Origin: Malacoraja senta
Taxonomy: Eukaryota
Direction: 5' to 3'
Length of the DNA stretch: 63,327 nucleotides
Assembly: GCA_038087875.1 (NCBI GenBank)
Contig: JAXLNO010000612.1
Coordinates: forward strand, 62,001-125,327
In this document: positions 24,056 through 34,114 of the stretch, piece by piece
Position numbering within the stretch: the first letter of the stretch is position 1
How the letters are laid out: every line of letters begins with the position of its first letter
Notes under the pieces: model-generated
Databases searched by the model: none
Told to the model about the DNA's origin: nothing
Seen by the model: only the letters and a program-made list of their open reading frames with translations
Made by a program: the position numbers and the translations under genes

Positions 24056-25830
24056 TCGAAAACATAAGAACAAATATTTCCCATCCCACCCGTGACCTGG
24101 CTGTCTCATTGGTCTGCTCTTCAAAATTAGATTGTTTCCAACACGTTACTCTACCCTCCCTTGTAAAACTGATCACCACCATGAAACCTACTACCTGCCC
24201 CCTCGACACTGTCCTCTCTGCCCTCCTAAAGGATGTAATTACAACAGCCGGTCCCAGCATCTTCGCCATCTTCAACAGCTCTCTGGCCACTGGCACTGTA
24301 CCCACCTGCTTCAAGCATGCGGTGGTCCAGCCACTCCTGAAAAAAACGAACCTCGGCCCCACCTTGCCAAGCAACTACAGACCCATTTTTATACTGCCTT
24401 TCCTCTCAAAAGCCCTTGAAAAGGTAATTTTAAGTCAACTTATGCCTTACCTTCACCAAAACACTATCTTGGAAACTTTCCAATCAGGTTTCAGGGCTCA
24501 CCACAGCACAGAGTCTGCCTTGTTGAAGGTACATAATGACCAACTGCTCACCGTTGACTCCGGTGACTGTGCAATCCTGCTCCTTCTTGACCTCAGCGCA
24601 GCATTTGATACTGTCGACCACACCATCCTAATTGACCATCTCCGGTACGGGGTTGGTATTGATGGCACTGCCCTGAGCTGGTTCATCTCCTACCTCAAAG
24701 GTAGGAGATTCTTGACTAACATAGGCAACTCTTTCTCCTCCCCAGCTAATCTCTGCTGTGGGGTTCCACAAGGTTCCATCCTTGGCCCCATTCTCTTCTC
24801 CCTGTATATGCTCCCCTTAGGCCAAGTCATTGAAAGGCATGGCATTTCCTTCCATTGCTATGCAGACAATACACAACTCTATCTCCCCCTGAAGCCCCAA
24901 AACCAATCAAATCTGCTTAACCTTACCCGCTGCCTCGAGGAGATAAAGTGTTGGATGGCCCAGAACTTCATCCAACTAAATGAGAGTAAGTCTGAGGTCA
25001 TCCTTCTCGGCCCCTCAGACTCAATCAAAATGATAGCAGGCAGCCTTGGAAGCCTTACCCCACTACTCAAACCTCACGTCAAAAACCTTGGTGTGATATT
25101 TGACTCAGCACTGAGATTTGACAAACAAGTCAATGCCGTGGTAAAGGCTAGCTTCTTTCGGCTTCGGACGCTAGCTAAAATAAAACAATTCCTCCACTTT
25201 GATGACCTCGAAAATATCATCCACACATTTATCTCCTCCCGCCTAGATTACTGCAACTCCCTTTGCACTGGCATCAGCCAATCTTCCCTGTCCCGCCTGC
25301 AACTGGTCCAAAACGCCACAGCGAGACTCCTGACGGGCACCCGAAAAAGGGACCACATCACCCCAATCCTGGCCTCTCTCCACTGGCTCCCTGTGCGGTT
25401 CCGTATACAATTCAAGATCCTCCTCTATGTCTACAAAGCCCTCAATGGGCTTGCCCCCACCTACATTAAAAGTCTTCTCACCCACCACTCCACCTCCAGG
25501 TCCCTCAGATCAGCCGACTTGGGGTTGCTGAATATCCCGCGGTCTAGGCATAAGCTCAGGGATGACCGAGCCTTTGCGGTTGCAGCTCCTAGACTGTGGA
25601 ACAGCATCCCCCTTCCCATCAGAACTGCCCCCTCCATCGACTCCTTTAAGTCAAGACAAAACACTTATCTATACTCCCAAGCCTTTCTTGACGTCCTCTG
25701 AGCGAGGGCTATATGTATATATGTATGTAGTTTCTTTGTTTATATTATTCTTATAACAAATGTAAAGCACTTTGGCCAACGAGAGTTGTTTTTTAAATGT
25801 GCTATATAAATAGATGTGACTTGACTTGAC
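24056..25830 (+). mobile_element. L2-clade LINE, 5'-truncated, nested in DIRS B
   Basis: RT ORF with L2-type motifs (QSGFR..HSTE, LLDLSAAFDTVDH, GVPQGS, SRLDYCNSL, HITP.LASLHWLP), followed by a short 3' UTR and a (GACTT)n tail. Confidence 0.93.
24109..25701 (+). pseudogene. L2 reverse transcriptase ORF (530 codons open, probably inactive)
   Basis: No endonuclease domain and no initiating ATG. The catalytic motif reads YADN instead of YADD. Confidence 0.85.
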
Positions 25831-26204
25831 TTCTATTCAGGTAAGACCTATTCAACAGGCAAAACCTGGATGAGGAAGCAAAAGCTGTCGGACCAATCAA
25901 GGTACCAACGACGAGCAAAGCTTCATCGGTTCGGCGACAACACACCCCACGCCTCCATCGGCAGTAAGCGGTTCACTGAAGCTGATGGCAGCCTGAAAGC
26001 TGTGCAGAGGTTCCATGCACCCTACCAGTCCAACTCTACAACCAAGGTAACCAGGCAGATAGGTGGGCACTTCCGAAACATGGGGTAAGTGGACCACTTA
26101 CAAGTTGGTAATATTTACACTTGTTTGTACAACACACAAATGGTTAAGGCATTGTCATCTACTTAGCGGCATCTAACCATGTAAAACTGCACAATACTAG
26201 CATT

Positions 26205-26460
26205 TCAAGCAGGTTTGGACTTAGGGCCAGAATTGTCTTTAGATGCAGGCTCAGTATTATGGCCAGGATTGTCTTCGAGACAGGATCAAAAATATGGCCA
26301 GAGTTGTCTTTCGAGGCAGGCTCAGAATTATGGCCAGTTGCCTTTAGAGGCAGGTTCAGAATTATGAGGTAGGCTCAGTGTTATGGCCAGGATTGTCTTT
26401 CAAGACAGGCTCGGAAATCGGGCCAGAGTTGTCGTTCGAGGCAGGCACGGAATGATGGCA
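26205..26460. repeat. Degenerate ~35-bp minisatellite inside DIRS B
   Basis: About seven units resembling GCAGGCTCAGAATTATGGCCAGGATTGTCTTTCGAG. Confidence 0.85.
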
Positions 26461-29400
26461 GGCATGGCCTGTTCATTGTGGAAGATGGAGAATGTCATTT
26501 AACTCGCATGTGCAGTATAAGCTTTTCCGAGTAGGAAACTTCGTTACTGTCTAACAACTGATTTTCATAAGGATCTCAAAGATACATTGTATGCAGTTCC
26601 CATTTACAGGGATCACCGGAGACATTTGAAATTATCAGGAGGAGGCAATGATAACAGTAATGATAACAGTAATGATAACAGTAAAGCATTGCAAAATGGG
26701 CTAAATTTACCTAGGTTATTTACCAAATTACTAAAATCGGTGCTTGGACTACTCGGAGTTCAAAAACACTTGTTATGTGTTGACTGGATGATATTCTAAT
26801 GCTGTATTTTGCTAAAATCAATTGTTTTCAGCCTCAAACTATATTTGAGAAATTGGGCCTTGTCCATTCTGTTAAATTTAAGTTGTTACCAAATAGACTT
26901 GTTGATCATTGGGATTTACCTTTAACTATTAATTAGCCTATGACTCCACCCTGGGGCAAGAGATTGGAGTTAATAGAAACATGTAACAACCTTGGTGTTA
27001 TAAAGCAGCCTTCTATTCATCAAGAGTAATTGGCAATATAGTAGCTGTGATTCAGTGCAAATTAGCAACCTCTCAAGTGCCATGTAGGTCACCTATGCTA
27101 TTACCAGCTGAAGCTACCAAAGTCACAATGATGGACGAACAGTATTCAGCATTGCTCCAGTAGTTTGGTCAGTAAAATTTCAGTTATATTACAAACTGAT
27201 GCTAAGGGCTCTAACGTGCAAAATTGCGAATGACATCTCTAGTTCGGAGGTGGAGGAGATTTGCATGAGTTGCCAATTCTTCAGTTATTGGTATCAAATA
27301 TCTATAGACACTAGGTGCATTCTATGGGTTAAAGGGTTATTGAACGAATATGCATAATCGGCATGCTCAACTTCAAGTTGATACACTATGGTGGTGGCAT
27401 ATGTTAGTCACATGGGTACAATCAAGTAAAGTATCCTGTAATGATTTACCTAATCTCATTTGCCACTGGTGTATCATCAAGTACAGATCAACGACAACAC
27501 AGAATGGGTGTTGGATCACAAAGTATTTATGAAATTATGGTTCGATGGAACACAGAATATCGATATATTGTTTTCATGCTTATTCGCCGCTTGCAAAAAT
27601 ATGTGGCAGAACAGTGGCGAGAGATACATTCTCGCTACAAAGAGGAGGAATGTTCTTTTATGTCTTCCTCCATTTTGCCTCATCAGTCAGGTCTTGAAAT
27701 AAAGTCAGCAAGATCCTGCTTTACGTTTTCGTACTGTCTGACTGGCCTCTGCAGCCATGATTCCCGCTTTTGTCAGGAATAATAATACAACCGTATACGG
27801 TTATTCTAAATGTAAAACTTTGCCGGTTCAGCCTGTGGCTCAGGAAACCAGCCTCTGCATGATAAAATCAATTTATTGACTTGCAGATTCTGAGTAGACT
27901 GCTCCTACGGCTCGGGTTGTCACACCGATCCATGTATGTGCTCACTATAGAGTACAGGGATAGCACCAAAAAAGCAGTACAATTCTTCTTCAGGAGATGG
28001 GAAGCGTTTTGTTTAATGGTAATGTTACATTTAATACGGTACAGATTACTGACGTCTTGGAGTTCATTTTCAAATGGGTCTTTTGACAATAATTGAGTTA
28101 TAGGGCCATTAACTGTGCCCAACGTGCCTTCCCATCATATTTGCTGCAGCAAACGGGACCCACTCTGTCGGGTTTCACCCTCAGATATCGAGTTTGTAAA
28201 GGACAAGTACAGGGCAGTATGGGTATTGACATTGTGTTAACACTACTTCACCAAGGGGCTCCAGCTACATCCTTAGCTTTTGCTGGCTCTCATAAGGTAT
28301 TTATCCTCATGGCGCTGGTTTCAGTGCAACGGGTTCAGTCGCTACATAATTGCGACTGGACAGGATGGTTACATCTGTAAATAATATATATAATATTTTA
28401 TGTTTATGATTTAGTTAAGCAGAGCAGAAGGGGCGTCAGGTCTCAAACTAGTTTCATGGCATACCCAGGGACCTTTGGTTATGTGAGGGCACACATATAC
28501 AACAATATGTCAAGGTCACCAAGAGCGTTAGAGGCTCTGAACTAGCAATGCTTGTTAGTTACAAAAAACTTTATAAGAAGGTATCAGTTCAGACCATCTC
28601 CAGGTGATGAAACGGGGTTTGGTTTATGCAGGAGTAGATACTGATTTTCAAATCTCACTCCACCAGGGCTGCTACAACATCAGCAGCAAGGGTTATTTAC
28701 ATTCCGCTGGACCACATCCTAGCGGCTGCAGGATGGTCAAACGAACTAACTTTCCAAACATTTTATAATAACCCATTGCCAGACCAGGGGTATTTTCCAA
28801 CTCTATTTTAGGTTCAGTTGTATAGTTTCCTCCCGGATGAGAGGGGTTACTATTATTATTATTTATTCATTATGAATGTTTCCCTCATCTGTCAATGAAG
28901 CAGTTGTGGTTGTGTAGACTCGTTTCTCACGGCATGAAATCACAGAGCTTTGAAATCTTCACGGAATCACTCATGTGACTCCGAAGTAAAATAGTAAGAT
29001 TAAACGAGAACTTACCAGTTTGAAGTTTGATCTTTATTTTATGAGGAGTTGCGATGAGTAATTATGTACCCACCGCTCCCAACCCTCATGTCACAAAGGT
29101 CATCTGGTAGTTCTAGGTTTCTAATCTTACTATGTTACTTCAATTACTGTTACCTGTGATTTCATACTGCTGCTTTGAAGATTGACGCACATGTGGACTG
29201 GTGGGGTTCTTCACGTAATCACCCATCGCAACTCCTCATAAAATAAAGATCAAACTTCAAACTGGTAAGTTCTCATTTAATCTTACTATTCTCTGACGCC
29301 ACCTTTAATGCAGTGGAGGCCAATTCTCTGGATTCTTTCAAGAGAGAGTTAGATTGAGCTCTTGAAGATAGTGGAGTCAGAGGATATGGGGAGAAGGCAG

Positions 29401-29633
29401 GAACAGGGTACTGATTGTGGATGATCAGCCATGATCACAGTGAATGGCAGTGCTGGCTCGAATGGCCTGCTCCTGCACCTATTGTCTATTGTCTATTTCG
29501 ACTGACAGATCACCTGATAGAGGTTTATAAAATGATGAGTCAAAGATAGGTTAGCTTGTCAGAAACTTTCCCCATGGTAGCAGTGTCAAAATAAGTGAGC
29601 ATAGGTTTTAGGTGAGAGGAAGAAATTTAAAGC

Positions 29634-30237
29634 GGCTGTTGGAGATGATGCGGAAGGCAACAATGTTGATCCCGAGCCAGCGTTTGCTTTTCACTGCAGG
29701 CTGCCAGAACAATCAGCCACATCCAGAAGTGAACACTTGCAACTTGTGAACCAATGCACTGATTGATAAATGTGCGTCTGTCACCGCAATGAGTGAATAA
29801 ACCTTCAACAAAGTTTACTGTCATCCTCGTCTAGCTCAGCAAGGAAATCCCAGGATATTTCCTTACACCTTTGACAGTTCTGGTAGCATATTCATCCCAA
29901 ATCACATTCAAATGCAAAAGTATGAACATGACATTCTGTGTAATCTCAGGTGACTGATACTCCTACGTTTTGACACAATGTCAGCTCTTCACATTGCAGA
30001 GATCACCAGTGCCATGGTGATGTTGATTGATATCTAGTCCTGATTCTCTGATTGTTTTACTCGCTTTGTAAAGCTAATGGCACCATTGAGGCACGGCAGT
30101 TATTGCTGCTGCCTCATACCTCCAGAGACCCAGGTTCAATCCTGACCTCGGACGCTGTCTACACACTCCCTCTCACCAGTGCTTTGGTTCCACGTGACAT
30201 CCCAAAGGTGTATGGGTGGGTTAATTGACTTTTATGG
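29634..30237. repeat. Inverted duplicate of 33952-34534
   Basis: ORF 29627-29824(-) is nearly the same peptide as 34338-34556(+). The nucleotide match runs ~600 bp with scattered substitutions and small indels. Confidence 0.92.
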
Positions 30238-30697
30238 TACATAGAAGATAGAAAACTACAGCACAGGATCAGGCCTTATGACCCACAATGTCTGAACCAA
30301 ACATGATATCAATATAAACTAATCTTATCTGCCTGCACATGATCCATATACATCCATTTCCAGCATGTCGATGAGCCAATCTAAAAACATCTTAAACACC
30401 ACCACCCCTGTACTTTCCAGGCACCCACAACCCTCTGTGTAAGAACACTTGCCCAACACATCTCCTCTAATCTTTGCTGCTTTCACCTTAAAGCTATGAC
30501 CCCCTAGTCTTTGACGTTAGCACCTGGAAAAATGATTCCCAGGCTCCCAAGTAGGAGTGTATCTTATAGTGAAGAATCCTCTCCAACAGGTTCTCTTCTG
30601 TTGTAGTGAGACTCACCAGACTACAATTCCCTGTATTATCTTTACTTACTTTACTTTGAAAATAGGCAAGAAATATCAGCTACTCTCGCCCTCTGGG

Positions 30698-31037
30698 AAA
30701 CATAGAAACATAAAAACATAGAAAATAGGTGCAGGAGTAGGCCATTCGGCCCTGCAAGCCTGCACCGCCCTTCAATATGATCATGGCTGATCATCCAACT
30801 CAGTATCCTGTACCTGCCTTCTCTCCATACCCCCTGATCCCTTTAGCCACAAGGGCCACATCTAACTCCCTCTTAAATATAGCCAATGAACTGGCCTCGA
30901 CTACCTTCTGTGGCAGAGAGTTCCAGAGATTCACCACTCTCTGTGTGAATAATGTTTTTCTCATCTCGGTACTAAAGGATTTTCCCTTTATCCTTAAACT
31001 GTGACCCCTTGTCCTGGACATCCCCAACATCGGGAAC
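30698..31037 (-). mobile_element. CR1 3' fragment, same young subfamily as 8429-9225
   Basis: ORF 30800-31030 ends RGYGEKAGTGY and is followed by a (CATAGAAA)n tail. Confidence 0.92.
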
Positions 31038-31122
31038 TTGCCTGTGGCTGGAGAAGTTGTGAAAATCTATGTCAAGGCGCCTGCAATCTCCTTTGCTGCT
31101 TCTCATAATAACCTTCAATAGA

Positions 31123-31449
31123 TGGGGGCGGCACAGTGGCAAAGTGATAGAGTAGCTGCCCCGCAGTGCTTACAGCGCCGGAGACCAGGGTTCGATCCCG
31201 ACTATGGGTGCTGTCTGTACGGAGTTTTACGTTCTCCCCGTGACCGCGTGGGTTTTTTCCGAGATCTTCAGTTTCCTCCCACACTCCAAAGACGTCCAGG
31301 TTTGTAGGTTAATTGGCTTGGTGTATGTGTAAATTGTCCCTAGTGTGTGTAGGACAGTGTTAATGTGCAGGCATCACTGCTCGGCGTGGACTCAGTGGGC
31401 CGAAGGGCCTGTTTCCGCACTGTATCTCTAAACTAAACTAAACTAAACT
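31123..31449 (+). mobile_element. V-SINE (HE1-like), full length
   Basis: B box GGTTCGATCCC, central domain and (TAAAC)n tail. Confidence 0.87.
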
Positions 31450-31546
31450 GGATCCCATCAGGCCCGCGGGATTTACAAACCATAATGCTCTCCATGAACC
31501 TACTTGATCTCAAATTGCCCTTGCATATTAATGTTCGGCACACTAA

Positions 31547-32043
31547 AGGGGCTGTCCCACGGGCAGGCGATTCCATGCGGCAAGCGCGACCTAACCGGAA
31601 GCGGGGGCCGCGTGGGGGCCGAGTGATCACCGTACGGCCTGTCCCACGCGCATGCGAATGCATGCGGCAAGCGCAACCTAACCGGAAGCGGGTGCCACGT
31701 GGAGGCCGAGTGATCACCGTACGGCCTGTCCCATGAGCATGCGAATGCATGCGGCGAGCGCGACCTAACTGGAAGTGGGGGGTGCGCGGACGTCCAGTTC
31801 GAGCGAAGTCGGTTGGAAGCTCGAGGCAGTGCGTGCGGCGTCGAGGCGGCAGCGGGGCGGCAGGCTGTTGCTGCGAGGGATTTTTGAACACTGTCAGTTT
31901 TTCGGAGTCCCGCGCGGTATCGGGACCAACTCCATACGGCTCCGGCGATCTACGTGGGACTGTCCGCGCGGTCCCCGCACGGCCTCCGCTTCCGGTTAGG
32001 TCGCGCTTGCCGCATGGAATCGCCTGCCTGTGGGACAGCCCCT
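31547..32043. mobile_element. PIF/Harbinger-type MITE with internal tandem TIR copies
   Basis: ~63-bp TIR AGGGGCTGTCCCAC...CCGGAAGCGG; TAA TSD at 31544-31546 and 32044-32046; internal repeats with an 87-bp period. Confidence 0.9.
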
Positions 32044-32284
32044 TAATCTCACTGTTCTCCGTTTCCTTCCCATTTGTGAATATGGATGCAAAGTACTTGG
32101 TTAGTAACTCCCCTACATCCTTTGACTCCAAGCAAAAAATCCCTCCTTTATCATTGAGCTATCCTACCTTATCTCTGGTTAACTTCTTGTTTTTAATGTA
32201 CATATTAAAAGTCATGGGATTTTCTTTAATCAGACCTCCCAACGACATTTCACCGTGCCTTTTGTCCCCTTCTAATCTCCTGGT

Positions 32285-32433
32285 TGCACTAAACGTTATT
32301 CCCTTATCATATATCTATACACTGTAAATGGCTCAATTGTAATCATGTATTGTCTTTCTGCTGAATGGTTAGCGCGCAACAAAAAGCTTTTCACTGTACC
32401 TCGGTACACGTGACAATAAACTAAACTGAACTG
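32285..32433 (+). mobile_element. LINE 3' UTR/tail fragment (possibly Rex1/Babar-like)
   Basis: Ends TTTCACTGTACCTCGGTACACGTGACAATAAAC(TAAAC/TGAAC)n. Related tails occur at ~8315-8375 and ~33670-33715. The family assignment is tentative. Confidence 0.5.
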
Positions 32434-32727
32434 GTTAAGTTCTTTTTTTCTTGTTTTTCTTTATATTCGTCAAAGGCTGTATAGGTTGCTTTTTGTCTGG
32501 GTACTCGGTGCAAGGACTCAAAGAGGAGTTGATAGCCATGTGAGAGATGATAAAGTTGCCAAAGTAAAAGGAAATAAGCGAAGGAGGAATGTGAGCGACA
32601 GGATTGGTCTGTTGGAAACTGGCAAACTGTATTTTGAGCCAAATAGTGTGAGAAAGCTGAAAGAGATCGGACCTTGGCATAAAACCAATTCCACCTCACA
32701 GGGATCATTTACATATTTGCTAATAAA

Positions 32728-33054
32728 GGGGCAGCCACGGTGGCACAGCGGTAGAGTTGCTGCCTTACAGCACTTGCAGCACTGGAGACCCTGGTTCGAT
32801 CCCGACTAAGGGTGCTGTCCGTAAGGAGTTTGTACATTCTCCTTGTGACCTGCGTGGTTTTTCTCCGAGATCTTCGGTTTCCTCCCACACTCCAAACACT
32901 TACAGGTTTGTAGGTTAATTGGCTTGGTGTATGTGTAAATTGTCCCTAGTGTGTGTGGGACAGTGTTAATGTGTGGGGATCGCTGGTCGGTGCGGACTCA
33001 GTGGGCTGAAGGGCCTGTTTCCGCGCTGTACCTCTAAACTAAACTTAAACTAAA
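32728..33054 (+). mobile_element. V-SINE (HE1-like), full length
   Basis: A box TGGCACAGCGG, B box GGTTCGATCCC, central domain and (TAAAC)n tail. Confidence 0.88.
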
Positions 33055-34114
33055 TGGAGAAAGAACTTGAAAGCTGGCACACTTTTGTTATCATTGGAGA
33101 AGAGACAATAGCATTGGTTGTGAAGAAACAAAATCAGATTTACATCTTTGTGGTCAGAGACATCCAGCACGGAAACAGGCCATTTGTTGTCCATGCTGAC
33201 CATCAACTAATCATTTACATTAATCCTACACTAATCCCATTTTAATATCCCCACATTCCATCAACTCCCCCCAGAATCTACCGCACTCGTAGATACCAGG
33301 GGGAATTTACAGCAGCCATTTAACCTACCAAGGAGCACAACTTTGTGATGTGAGAGTCATGACTTGACCCACTTGAATGATCAAACATCAATGCCATGTA
33401 ACGCCAATGATGAAAAGTCAATGTCTCTAGGTCTTTGTTCATCTTATATTTGAAATACTGTGTATCGTTGGAGTGCTCTTGTGGAAGAATTTTGCAACTC
33501 AACAGATTTCTCAGTATCACTTCAAGAGCTTCAAGAACTTGAAGGAAGTAAGATGGTGCTGGAAGCAAGCCAACTCTTGTGTTGTGCCTCAGTGTAATCT
33601 ATTATTCTTACATTCTTGTACTTAAGTATGCTTGTGCCAATGGATAGTAAGATTTTACTGAATTGTATGCAGAAAAGGAATTACACTGTGACAATAAAAT
33701 ACCATTCAACCATTCAAGGCTCATCAGTACATTTCAAAACCTTTTAAGTCTGCACCCCAAGGACTTGAAGGCACGCTGAATACCAAGGGGCATGATGTAT
33801 TGGAAGCTTACATCCTTTGACTCCAAGCACAAATTCCCTCCTTTATCATTGAGCTATCCTACCTTCTCTCTGGTTAACTACTTGTTTTTAATGTACATAT
33901 TAAAAGTCATGGGATTTTCTTTAATCTGACCTCCCAACGACATTTCATACTCCATAACAGTCCATTAACCCACCCGTACACCTTTGGGATGTCAGATGGA
34001 ACCAAAGAACCAGCGAGAGGGAGCGTGTAGACAGCATCCGAGGTCAGGATTGAACCTGGGTCTCTGGAGGTATGAGGCAGCAGCACTAACTGCCGTGCCT
34101 CAATGGTGCCATTA

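Larger units (their letters stand above)
23036..29290 (+). mobile_element. DIRS1-like retrotransposon B (decayed), containing an L2 insertion
   Basis: Left end ATTTTACTTCG (partly deleted), ICR at ~28957-29065 and right end ...TTTAATCTTACTATT. YR motifs HSTR (28656-28667) and AAAGWSNELTFQTFY are present, and the gag-like VPAVN motif is shared with DIRS A. Confidence 0.92.

Noticed and set aside
26205..26460. CRISPR-like array
   Set aside because: Units are contiguous degenerate tandem repeats without unique spacers, the context is eukaryotic and there are no cas genes.
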